A model generated the notes under the pieces. The model was not told the origin of the DNA. It did no database searches and worked only from the letters and a program-made list of their open reading frames with translations. Shown here piece by piece: positions 8,828-17,401 of a stretch of DNA of 64,000 nt (positions within the stretch are counted from its first letter, which is position 1; each line of letters begins with the position of its first letter). Source of the stretch: a virus (lineage: Duplodnaviria; Caudoviricetes); IMG/VR virus record IMGVR_UViG_3300035228_001973, positions 55,042 through 119,041 of that record; one strand, written 5' to 3'. Both the position numbers and the translations under genes were made by a program.

Positions 8828-9998
8828 CTCTCCTTCTATATGTTAGAATACGTTTATTTGGTTGTGGAGTGACTTTATTATTCTCTTTTTTTTCTATATT
8901 CTCTGATTGTTCTTCTACGTCACTTTCCAAATCAATCACTTGTGATAATTTATCAATTTTTTTCAATAAATCATCAGTTATCACCATACTTTTTTCATTT
9001 TCAGTCTCTTTGGTGTCTATTTTACCTAATTCTTTTTCTAATCTACTTAATAATTCGTCAGAAACCTCTAAAGGTTTGGGTTCATCACTAAGTAATTCTT
9101 TTTCAATTTTACCCGCCTCTTTTGATATATCTATGGGGTCACCTGCTAAATTATCTTTTTCTGTATCCTCATTTTCATTTTTACCTTTTAATTGATTAAA
9201 CATGAAATTAGATGCAATTACTAATGAAATCGCTAATGGGTCAAATACAAAGATAATAATTAACAAAAGTACGTTAATTATAATATTCATAGGTTTACCT
9301 GTTAATTCACTTAAATATTTTAAAGGACCTAATTCACTTGCTATTTCAGCACTACTCTCAGTATCTAAAATTTTAATATCGATACCGTTAATTGAATCGG
9401 TAGCGGTCTCTAACCTAATAGATATTTTATCCCTTTGTGTCACCGCAGTATTTAGCTCATTTTGTAATGCCTTTCTTGTACTTGAAGAAGTTGTGGTAAT
9501 TATTTGACCCGTTTCTTTATCTTTATATTGGATAACATTGTTAGATAAACCATCCCTAAGACTTGAAATACTTTTATCTAAGACCCCCTTTTCAGTCATT
9601 AAGTAATCTCTACTATCTATAAATCTATTTTTTCTAAGTTCTAAAACTTCAACTCTCTTATCAACAATACCCGACTTAGTCGCCGTCTCTTGATATGCCG
9701 CGGATAAGAATCCATAGATACCAGCAGAAGTAATAAGTACTAATATTATTGTAGCCAAAGTTAAGTAGAACCTTAACAATTTATTAATCTTACCCCAATA
9801 TTGGTATAATAGTGACGCGATAACTAATTTAGAAATTTCTAATGATGACGCCATTACTATAACCTCAAAGGTTGCTCCCGCAAATAACTTACTAAGTCCT
9901 GATACCGAATAAAACGCAGCAGAAACACTCACAGACAACGCCGAGAGTGCCACTACAGTGGGGAAAATACGTTTTTTAATTTCTTTTAAAATACCCAT
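8793..9998 (-). CDS. Multi-pass membrane protein with long coiled coil
   Basis: Three N-terminal TM helices, coiled coil, a fourth TM helix (IIFVFDPLAISLV) and an acidic tail. Confidence 0.7.
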   Translation of the reverse strand: MGILKEIKKRIFPTVVALSALSVSVSAAFYSVSGLSKLFAGATFEVIVMASSLEISKLVIASLLYQYWGKINKLLRFYLTLATIILVLITSAGIYGFLSAAYQETATKSGIVDKRVEVLELRKNRFIDSRDYLMTEKGVLDKSISSLRDGLSNNVIQYKDKETGQIITTTSSSTRKALQNELNTAVTQRDKISIRLETATDSINGIDIKILDTESSAEIASELGPLKYLSELTGKPMNIIINVLLLIIIFVFDPLAISLVIASNFMFNQLKGKNENEDTEKDNLAGDPIDISKEAGKIEKELLSDEPKPLEVSDELLSRLEKELGKIDTKETENEKSMVITDDLLKKIDKLSQVIDLESDVEEQSENIEKKENNKVTPQPNKRILTYRRRDGGENSKTDRT

Positions 9999-10034
9999 AA
10001 AGTGATTTTAGTTATCTATAAATAGTTAAAAGTC

Positions 10035-10844
10035 CTATAAGTAATCAAATAAAGTAGAGCTTTCGTTACGTAATTTACGTAAAGCCTTTTCTTTAATTTG
10101 TCTAACTCTTTCTTTAGTTAGACTAAAATCACCCCCAATATCTTCAAGTGTTCTTGGTGTGCCTGTTAACCCGTAATACTCTTCAACAATATTTCTTTCT
10201 CGGTCATCAAGTACTGACATAATACCAAATAACCTATGTTTTAACTCATCTGCCGTGTTAAAACCTTCATCGGGTTGTACTGAGTCCACATTCTCAAGTA
10301 AATCAATTAGAGTGTCCCCCTCATCATTAATAAAGTTATCTACTGACGTTGTTTTGGGTAGACTTGTAAATTTAGAATCTAATTCAGTATTTGTCTTTTG
10401 AGCGACTTTTTTAGCTTTATATAAATCTTGAACAACATTAACAGGTAATCTAATCGTCCTTGAGTTTTCATTAAGAGATTGTAAAATAGATTGTTTAATC
10501 CACCAAACAGCATATGATATAAATCTGAGTTTTTTTGTCCAATCAAAATTTTTGATTGCCTTCATTAAACCGTAGTTACCCTCAGCAATTAAATCTGACA
10601 TATCTAACCCTTGATTTTGATATTGTTTTGCGACCGTAATAACAAACCTAAGATTACCTTCTAACAATTCTTTATGAATTTCGTCTCTTTGTTTTTGTGT
10701 ACAGTCATTCGAACACATTATATTCGATAATTCTTTTTCTCTTTCGGGAGTCATGACATCGATTTGTCTTAAGTCTTTTAAGTACATTTGAATGTCATCT
10801 TGATTTAATGTGTACATACTGTTGTTGTCTCTAATTTCTCGCAT
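10035..10844 (-). CDS. Phage RNA polymerase sigma-70 factor (RpoD-like, lacking region 1.1)
   Basis: NLRFVITVAKQYQNQG, DLIAEGNYGL, RFISYAVWWIKQSI, RTIRLP and region 4 TLEDIG...LTKERVRQIKEKALRKLR; resembles the Bacteroidota primary sigma. Confidence 0.95.
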   Translation of the reverse strand: MREIRDNNSMYTLNQDDIQMYLKDLRQIDVMTPEREKELSNIMCSNDCTQKQRDEIHKELLEGNLRFVITVAKQYQNQGLDMSDLIAEGNYGLMKAIKNFDWTKKLRFISYAVWWIKQSILQSLNENSRTIRLPVNVVQDLYKAKKVAQKTNTELDSKFTSLPKTTSVDNFINDEGDTLIDLLENVDSVQPDEGFNTADELKHRLFGIMSVLDDRERNIVEEYYGLTGTPRTLEDIGGDFSLTKERVRQIKEKALRKLRNESSTLFDYL

Positions 10845-11421
10845 ATTCGTCTAATATTTGTTTTTCGTATTTAGTTAATTTATCCACACCACTTTCTTTA
10901 ACCTTTTCAAGTAATTCATCTAATGTTGGTTTTACAAAGGTAACATTTTTTTTCAATTTAAGCCCATTTATTAAAGAATCTTCTTCATTGTAAAACATAT
11001 TATCAATTTCATCTTTATCAAAATTCTTCATACTATTCTGTAAGAAGTAATCCATAATCTTTAACATCTCATCATCATCCTGTTTATTAGGCATTTTTTC
11101 ATATTGCATATTTTCCGTTTCTAAATCAAATAAATTCAATTTTAACGTATCATCAATATGTACCGCCATTTTATTAGGATGTTCAAATAAATACCACTGG
11201 TCGACAATTAATCCTATAGTACTGTCAATAAATTCTCTTAAATCCTCAAATTTTATATTTGATTCGAAATTACAGACCACATGAGTATCAGTATGGTTGT
11301 ATTTGAGATACTTTGAGGAACTTACTGGTGATAATTGTAACGGTATATCTTTTAGGATTGTTGAACCCTTTTCGAACTCCGAAAAAATAAACAACATATA
11401 AGGTTTAGACTTTTCTTGCAT
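10831..11421 (-). CDS. Hypothetical protein
   Basis: Track ORF extends to 11571; the likely start is ATG at 11421 (MQEKSK), which avoids overlap with the divergent gene. C-terminal TLDELLEKVKESGVDKLT motif. Confidence 0.65.
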   Translation of the reverse strand: MQEKSKPYMLFIFSEFEKGSTILKDIPLQLSPVSSSKYLKYNHTDTHVVCNFESNIKFEDLREFIDSTIGLIVDQWYLFEHPNKMAVHIDDTLKLNLFDLETENMQYEKMPNKQDDDEMLKIMDYFLQNSMKNFDKDEIDNMFYNEEDSLINGLKLKKNVTFVKPTLDELLEKVKESGVDKLTKYEKQILDEYARN

Positions 11422-11472
11422 ATTACACTTTTTTTTAATTCTAATTATATTTATAAGAAAAAACAAATTATT

Positions 11473-12330
11473 ATGAAAAAACTTGTCATTCCTGAATCTG
11501 AGCTTACAAATATAATACAAAAAGCCGTAGAAAAAAAACTTATTGAACAAGATTTTACTATCGAACCTCAAATAAGTAAAACACCAAGAGAAACTGAATT
11601 AGAAAATGTGTTTGGTAAATACAGTGGCGAGATACCCGCTGATATTGTTAGATATATGAGAAAAAACCCTAAGGTTGTTATAAACCGTTTATTAGATATC
11701 TACGGACCCAAGATGTTAGAATATATGACCGATATGGTTATTGATGATGAAACAGAACCAATTAATGAAGATTCCGCAGATGAAAATAAAGATGGTATCA
11801 TAAGTCCTGATGAACTTTATAGACATTTTGATTTAGATAAAGATGGTGTGGTAACAATGGAAGACTACGCGGCTCATGTAGATTTTCATTGTGAAAATCC
11901 AGATTTACTTCAACCTTACAGAGAAACTGAAGAATATATAAGTAAGATGGATGATGAACGTGACGACTTTGTTGATTTTTTTAACTCGTTAGAAGGTGTA
12001 GATTTTCATAATAATATAGTTTCAGAACAATTTGATGAAGACGAAGAAGAGGAGTTTATTAAATACCCTGTAGATGATTTTGACTTTGATATGGACGAAT
12101 CTGACATTACTGACATTTACAACCACAAAGGACCCTTAAGAAGGTTTAGAGGGTCTATCTATGTTGATGATATGGTTCCTGAGACGGATGATAAAGAATA
12201 TGATAGAGCAGTCGCTAAAAAAATGTTAGAGTTTTACAGAGGTCAAATTAAAAATAGAGAAACTTATGTTGGTGGTGTTGGATTTAAACAAAGAAGTTTA
12301 TTAGACCCCTACGACAATATGGACTTCTAA
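11473..12330 (+). CDS. Acidic EF-hand pair (Ca2+-binding) protein
   Basis: Loops DENKDGIISPDE and DLDKDGVVTMED fit the EF-hand consensus; likely start ATG 11473 after TATTTATA at 11448. Confidence 0.75.
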   Translation: MKKLVIPESELTNIIQKAVEKKLIEQDFTIEPQISKTPRETELENVFGKYSGEIPADIVRYMRKNPKVVINRLLDIYGPKMLEYMTDMVIDDETEPINEDSADENKDGIISPDELYRHFDLDKDGVVTMEDYAAHVDFHCENPDLLQPYRETEEYISKMDDERDDFVDFFNSLEGVDFHNNIVSEQFDEDEEEEFIKYPVDDFDFDMDESDITDIYNHKGPLRRFRGSIYVDDMVPETDDKEYDRAVAKKMLEFYRGQIKNRETYVGGVGFKQRSLLDPYDNMDF

Positions 12331-12350
12331 ACCCATATATATATAAATTA

Positions 12351-12377
12351 AAAACCCACCGATTGGTGGGTTTTTTT
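12351..12377. terminator. Bidirectional Rho-independent terminator
   Basis: AAAACCCACC-GATT-GGTGGGTTTTTTT between convergent genes. Confidence 0.85.
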
Positions 12378-12382
12378 ATGGT

Positions 12383-12847
12383 TTAAACCATTTGAAGAGT
12401 TATGTTTTTAAAACTATCAACTAACACTCCGTAAGCAGGGTCGGCCCATGTTTTAGAACCGATTGATTTCCAGTGATTATGGTCAGCCATCTTAGGAAAA
12501 CCAGAGTGGATATCTCCAACCGTTAAATTCTCGATAATAACTTTATCAATTATGTAGAATTTACTAGCTTTCATAGCTAAGACCGTTTGATAGTTACCGT
12601 ATTGGTTTTTTACTTCAAGGGTATGTAGTCGATTCTTTTCCCATCGAGTGGCAATCTGTGAAAGTTTACCTTTACCCTCTGAAATCGTTAGAAACCCTGC
12701 AACACACTTAGTGATTGCTCTGTACTCATACTCAGTTTCAGAATCAAAGCCATTATCATTTACCATGAATTTACACATTTTACCGTTAACTGATTGTTCT
12801 ACTGAAAACCCTTTACCCATTACGTTGTCATACTTTTTAATATACAT
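12383..12847 (-). CDS. Hypothetical protein
   Basis: 154 aa ORF; a TATATTTG -7 element lies upstream at 12887-12894. Confidence 0.7.
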   Translation of the reverse strand: MYIKKYDNVMGKGFSVEQSVNGKMCKFMVNDNGFDSETEYEYRAITKCVAGFLTISEGKGKLSQIATRWEKNRLHTLEVKNQYGNYQTVLAMKASKFYIIDKVIIENLTVGDIHSGFPKMADHNHWKSIGSKTWADPAYGVLVDSFKNITLQMV

Positions 12848-12927
12848 ATCTTTCCTTTTTTATATTGTTAAACCCTTATTGTTCTACAAATATACGGCGG
12901 ATTTGTCTATAAAAAAAATATTTAACA

Positions 12928-13089
12928 CTATATCTTCACAACTTCGCTAAATTTTACTGGTTTTGTCAATACCGTACCTATACTAAAATTTTGTTTTAAA
13001 ATTAAACCATCTTCTCTAACTTCCTGAATAAAGTATGTCGAATCTAACCAACTAACCATCTCACCAATTACAAACATGTCACCACTCAT
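12928..13089 (-). CDS. Small hypothetical protein (53 aa)
   Basis: Hand-translated MSGDMFVIGEMVSWLDSTYFIQEVREDGLILKQNFSIGTVLTKPVKFSEVVKI; starts 4 nt after the upstream stop. Confidence 0.5.
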   Translation of the reverse strand: MSGDMFVIGEMVSWLDSTYFIQEVREDGLILKQNFSIGTVLTKPVKFSEVVKI

Positions 13090-13093
13090 ATAA

Positions 13094-13645
13094 TCACTGA
13101 CACTTAATTACGTAATGTACTTGTCTACGAAAACCATTGTACTGCTCATCTGAATTACCGTAAAGAATACCATCTACCAAAGCTAATGCGTGTCCCTTAA
13201 CAATCATAAAGTAATTACCCTTTGGGTGTTGTTCCATAAAAGACTTAACTGTATACCCCGTTTCTTTTTTATATTTAGGGTTGGTAAGTTTTTTTCTACC
13301 TCCGAAAGACCTTGTCGGGTGATAACCCATAAGCCTCATTCTCTTACCATTTTTTTGCTTACCTAAAATATTTTCAAGATAAACCGAAGTATGAGTTCCA
13401 TTACGATTTACTCTATTAAATTTGTCCGACACGAATTTGTGAGCCTTATCGTAAGATAAATCTAATGACATCATAAACGCTCTAACAACACAATCATTAC
13501 GTTCAGACTTCGCCACTTTACTTTGTGATTTAGCAATAACGTTAGAATCCCTGAAATAATCGTCTTTGATTTTTTTTCTAGTTACCTCACCACCCCAAAG
13601 AGTTTCAACTGTAGTTGTTTCAATTATGTCGTATTTTTTTGTCAT
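13094..13645 (-). CDS. Hypothetical protein, possible papain-like Cys-His fold
   Basis: NDCVVRA helix motif and a later GHALALVDG strand motif. Confidence 0.5.
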   Translation of the reverse strand: MTKKYDIIETTTVETLWGGEVTRKKIKDDYFRDSNVIAKSQSKVAKSERNDCVVRAFMMSLDLSYDKAHKFVSDKFNRVNRNGTHTSVYLENILGKQKNGKRMRLMGYHPTRSFGGRKKLTNPKYKKETGYTVKSFMEQHPKGNYFMIVKGHALALVDGILYGNSDEQYNGFRRQVHYVIKCQ

Positions 13646-13663
13646 ATTTCCTCGTTTGTTTTA

Positions 13664-13694
13664 CAAATATACAACAATAATTCTATTCTACAAA
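13664..13694 (-). promoter_or_regulatory. Bacteroidota housekeeping-sigma promoter
   Basis: Minus strand TTTG-N19-TATATTTG, 18 nt upstream of ATG 13645. Confidence 0.75.
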
Positions 13695-13705
13695 ACGTAA
13701 GAAAG

Positions 13706-14563
13706 TTATTTTACTGAATTAATATAATCCTCTATTAAATGTCTTGGTTTCCAATTTAAAATCTCCTCAGTATCAGTTTTAAATTCCTCACTAACAAATC
13801 TTTCTCCTCGTCTTTTAGGTATAAATTCCCATTCCCCAAACATCTCAGCTATCTGTATTATAGTATGATTAACACCACTTCTAAGATGCCACTCATGGTT
13901 TTTACTCTCTTCACTTATCAGCATTAACCCGTCCACAATATCACCAACATGTGTAAAATCTCTCTGTTGATTACCTGGCTCAACAACCGTTAAATTTTCC
14001 CCATTATTATATTGTCTTTCAAATATACCTATAACAGTCGCGTAATCACCATCAGTTATTTGACAAGGACCATAAACATTATAAAAATAAACAATTTCAT
14101 AATTTAAGTCGTACCACTTACCATAATTTTTGATTAATTCAACCATCTTAGCTTTAACCCAAGAATAAGGGGATAAGTTTTCATCTTCACCATCATTTCC
14201 AAACTTTGATGATGATGCCGAATAAATTAACTTACTACCCCATTGTTTACACTTTTCAATTAACTTAGATGTTGAATATAAATTAGTCTCAATAAGGTAA
14301 TCAACATCATCAAAAGATTTAACTATTCTTGAATATTCACCAAAGTGATATACGACATCGGGAATAATACCCCCACCACTATCGATGTAATCATTAACTG
14401 ATATGTCTACGTAAGTCACATTTGGCGAATCAATATGATTTTCTTTTTTACCTGTAAAATAGTTGTCAACAGAGATTACTTTATAACTAGGATACTTATT
14501 AACTATACTTTTTATTAGGTTAGAACCGACAAAACCTGCACCCCCTGTAACTAATATGTTCAT
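13706..14563 (-). CDS. NAD-dependent nucleotide-sugar epimerase/dehydratase (extended SDR)
   Basis: MNILVTGGAGFVG, YxxxK (YSWVK), NVYGP and RDFTHV; likely start 14563. Confidence 0.9.
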   Translation of the reverse strand: MNILVTGGAGFVGSNLIKSIVNKYPSYKVISVDNYFTGKKENHIDSPNVTYVDISVNDYIDSGGGIIPDVVYHFGEYSRIVKSFDDVDYLIETNLYSTSKLIEKCKQWGSKLIYSASSSKFGNDGEDENLSPYSWVKAKMVELIKNYGKWYDLNYEIVYFYNVYGPCQITDGDYATVIGIFERQYNNGENLTVVEPGNQQRDFTHVGDIVDGLMLISEESKNHEWHLRSGVNHTIIQIAEMFGEWEFIPKRRGERFVSEEFKTDTEEILNWKPRHLIEDYINSVK

Positions 14564-14564
14564 A

Positions 14565-15101
14565 CTACACTCTTTTTGAATAACCAACTATTTGGTAAAA
14601 ATCTTTTATTCCATCACAGTAATCTAAGATTAACTGCAATAAGGCTTTAAACATAAACGCACCTTCACTTTGTTTTTCACATCTAATAAATAGTTCAATA
14701 AATGTTGTTAAGGTATCCATTTGATAGTATCCGTGACCGTTTAGTTCATTGTATACTTCATCCAACTCATCTTTAACTTTTAATTCGTAATTATCTCTTT
14801 CATCAGTAGTCTTAAATGGTTCCATTTGGTCATACTTGTCTAACATATTATATACGAAACCTCTAACCAAACCTTTATTGTATTCACACTTAACAAGTAA
14901 ATCAACAATCCAATGAGTATGACTTGGGGTTCTTAATCGTTTTCCAGGTTCCCTATATTTTACAATAAAGTCTAAATCAGGGTTATCCCCTCTAAATCCT
15001 TGATAGGTGGCAATATGTGTACCATCTCTCATTTTATAATATTTTAGTGGTGGATAGTACTCGTCTGTCCCTCTTTTCTTGTATGTTAACTCTTTTACCA
15101 T
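14565..15101 (-). CDS. Hypothetical protein
   Basis: 178 aa ORF in operon context. Confidence 0.7.
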   Translation of the reverse strand: MVKELTYKKRGTDEYYPPLKYYKMRDGTHIATYQGFRGDNPDLDFIVKYREPGKRLRTPSHTHWIVDLLVKCEYNKGLVRGFVYNMLDKYDQMEPFKTTDERDNYELKVKDELDEVYNELNGHGYYQMDTLTTFIELFIRCEKQSEGAFMFKALLQLILDYCDGIKDFYQIVGYSKRV

Positions 15102-15126
15102 TTTATTTATTTTAAATTAATATTTT

Positions 15127-15585
15127 TTAAAAATCTCCCTCCGCAACTTGAAATACGTTTAACCCATTACTTCTCCACATGTCAACCACTTTATTCCTAT
15201 CGTCAAAGACCGCAAATACATCTTCTTTATTTGTGAATAAAGTATCTAACCAACCTTGTTTCAAATCATCATCAGACATAAACTTAAATTGTTTATTATC
15301 TGGTCTCATCTTTAAAACATCAAATGGTACATTAAAATTTTCTAACCATTTTTTAGTCACATCTTTAGTAGTTTTTAATCTACCACTAAGGATAACAATT
15401 CTGAACCCACTATCTTTAAACATTTGAGCAACTTTTATAACTGGTTGATTCGGTTTATCTAAATTTATATTATTAGGGTCAAAAAATATATCCCAATCAA
15501 TTTTACCATTATCCTTAGTTGATAGTGTTCGTCTATCATCTATAAGTGCTAATGTCCCATCTAAATCAAATATAATACTTTTCAT
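15127..15585 (-). CDS. HAD-family phosphatase (polynucleotide kinase 3'-phosphatase domain-like)
   Basis: FDLDGT motif I, SGR, LKMRP and FDDR...VVDMWR, as in the T4 PseT C-terminal domain. Confidence 0.9.
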   Translation of the reverse strand: MKSIIFDLDGTLALIDDRRTLSTKDNGKIDWDIFFDPNNINLDKPNQPVIKVAQMFKDSGFRIVILSGRLKTTKDVTKKWLENFNVPFDVLKMRPDNKQFKFMSDDDLKQGWLDTLFTNKEDVFAVFDDRNKVVDMWRSNGLNVFQVAEGDF

Positions 15586-15588
15586 ACT

Positions 15589-15702
15589 TTAAAACATTTT
15601 AGGTATTTGAAAACATAAGAAAGTTACATATAATAGGGCGGCTAAAATTAATACCACATCAACACTTTCAATTTTCTTAATTATTGTTTTTATATTTTTC
15701 AT
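15589..15702 (-). CDS. Possible 37 aa single-TM peptide
   Basis: Hand-translated MKNIKTIIKKIESVDVVLILAALLYVTFLCFQIPKMF; fills a gap. Confidence 0.35.
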   Translation of the reverse strand: MKNIKTIIKKIESVDVVLILAALLYVTFLCFQIPKMF

Positions 15703-15708
15703 CTCTCT

Positions 15709-15766
15709 TTGGTGTTAAAGATGTCAATCATCTTGTGCAGTTTACTTGACATCGTTGGTGTTAAAG
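15709..15766. repeat. 12-bp direct repeats flanking an 8-bp inverted repeat
   Basis: TTGGTGTTAAAG at 15709-15720 and 15755-15766; GATGTCAA at 15720-15727 and TTGACATC at 15746-15753. Confidence 0.7.
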
Positions 15767-16000
15767 GTTATCTCTTACTGAATTTTTATGTAACATTTGA
15801 CTAGTTTGAGCAATACCAAAGCTCACCCAATTATCACTATTGTTAAACTGAGCTCGGCAATGATTCATTATACCTTCTCCATCAAGTCCCCATTCTAATT
15901 GTTTCCCTGAAGCATCTGTAACTGGATGCCATTTAGTCTCCCATCCATCATGAAGGAAAGTAACCCAAGCCATTTCTTTATTTAAATCTATATTTTCCAT
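15761..16000 (-). CDS. Hypothetical protein
   Basis: 79 aa ORF; TATCTTTG -7 element upstream at 16019-16026. Confidence 0.65.
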   Translation of the reverse strand: MENIDLNKEMAWVTFLHDGWETKWHPVTDASGKQLEWGLDGEGIMNHCRAQFNNSDNWVSFGIAQTSQMLHKNSVRDNL

Positions 16001-16041
16001 ATCTATAAGTTTAGACTACAAAGATAATAAAAAAATTTCAA

Positions 16042-16494
16042 TTAAACGTTATCATTGTAAAAAATTACCTCAACACCGCTTTCTTTAAACATTTGTAAAC
16101 TTCTTTTTGCGTGTTCGTCCCAATATTCTCTATTTCTAGTGGTGTCTTTTATCTTACAGTGTATTCTTTTAATCCCCGAACTTATTATACCTTTAGCACA
16201 ATCACTACATGGTATACCACAGGTTAAGTACATTGTACTTTCTCTTAAACTAACACCTATACGTGCCGCGTTATATATAGCGTTTCTCTCTGCGTGTTCA
16301 ATCCAATAATACTTTTCAGGTCGTTCCTGTCTTTCTTCAATATTATCATTAATACCACGAGGAAAAGAGTTATAACCTGTTGATACAATTTCATTATCTT
16401 TTCCGACAATTACTGCACCAATATGTGTCCTCTTATCCTTACTCTTTTCTTTTACCTGTTCCGCAATATTTAAAAAATATCTATCCCATTCCAT
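16042..16494 (-). CDS. dCMP deaminase (ComEB/Cd family)
   Basis: TGYN, HAERNAI and PCSDC zinc motifs. Confidence 0.93.
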   Translation of the reverse strand: MEWDRYFLNIAEQVKEKSKDKRTHIGAVIVGKDNEIVSTGYNSFPRGINDNIEERQERPEKYYWIEHAERNAIYNAARIGVSLRESTMYLTCGIPCSDCAKGIISSGIKRIHCKIKDTTRNREYWDEHAKRSLQMFKESGVEVIFYNDNV

Positions 16495-16495
16495 T

Positions 16496-17401
16496 TTACC
16501 CTATAATTTTTGTCAACCACTCTTTAAGGTCAATGTAGTTCAAAGTCCCAAATTTATCATTATATTTAGATATGTCTAACGCATATTTTCTATCATGACC
16601 TAATCTATCTTTTACGTATTCAAACTTAACATCTTTACCAACTATCTCAGATACAATTTTAATTAATTCATTATTAGTTATACGATAACCACTACCAATA
16701 TTAAAAACTTGATTAACCTCATCTGATAACATTATATTAATTATTGATTTCGCATTATCATCGGCATGTATCCATTCTCTAACTTGTTCACCATCACCGT
16801 AGACTGGAATAGACTCATCGTTTTTAATCATTTTAATTATCTTAGGTACCATCTTTTCGGAGTGTTGGTTTTCCCCAAAATTATTACAGGTTCTAGTAAT
16901 CACATAAGGTAACCCAAATGTCCTTCCAGCTGACTGTACTATTAAGTCTGAGGAGGCTTTAGTTGCAGAATAGTATGATGACCCAACCAACGAAAATTCT
17001 TCATCAGCGGACACCTCTAAACCATAATCATTCATATCCCCATATACTTCATCTGTAGAAATATGTATAAATTTCTTTAGACCTTTAACCTTTAGTGCCA
17101 ATTCAACCATATTAAACGTACCCTCAACGTTAGTCCTTACAAATGGTCTACCATCTTTGATTGAGTTATCTACGTGTGATTCAGCCGCAAAATGAACTAC
17201 GTAATCACAGTCAGGTAATTCAGTCAAATTACATATATCCTCTTTAATAAATTTAACCTGAGTATTGATATTGTTAGGGTTAGACGCATATGTGAGTTTA
17301 TCTATAACTGTTATTTCACAATCATTTATCTCACTATTTAATTTGTTTACGAAATGTGAACCTATGAATCCCATTCCACCTGTAACTACTATTTTTATCA
17401 T
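16496..17401 (-). CDS. rmlB: dTDP-glucose 4,6-dehydratase
   Basis: TGGMGFIG, DKLTYA, HFAAESHVDNSI, ISTDEVYG, YSATKA, REWIH and DRLGHDRKY motifs. Confidence 0.9.
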   Translation of the reverse strand: MIKIVVTGGMGFIGSHFVNKLNSEINDCEITVIDKLTYASNPNNINTQVKFIKEDICNLTELPDCDYVVHFAAESHVDNSIKDGRPFVRTNVEGTFNMVELALKVKGLKKFIHISTDEVYGDMNDYGLEVSADEEFSLVGSSYYSATKASSDLIVQSAGRTFGLPYVITRTCNNFGENQHSEKMVPKIIKMIKNDESIPVYGDGEQVREWIHADDNAKSIINIMLSDEVNQVFNIGSGYRITNNELIKIVSEIVGKDVKFEYVKDRLGHDRKYALDISKYNDKFGTLNYIDLKEWLTKIIG

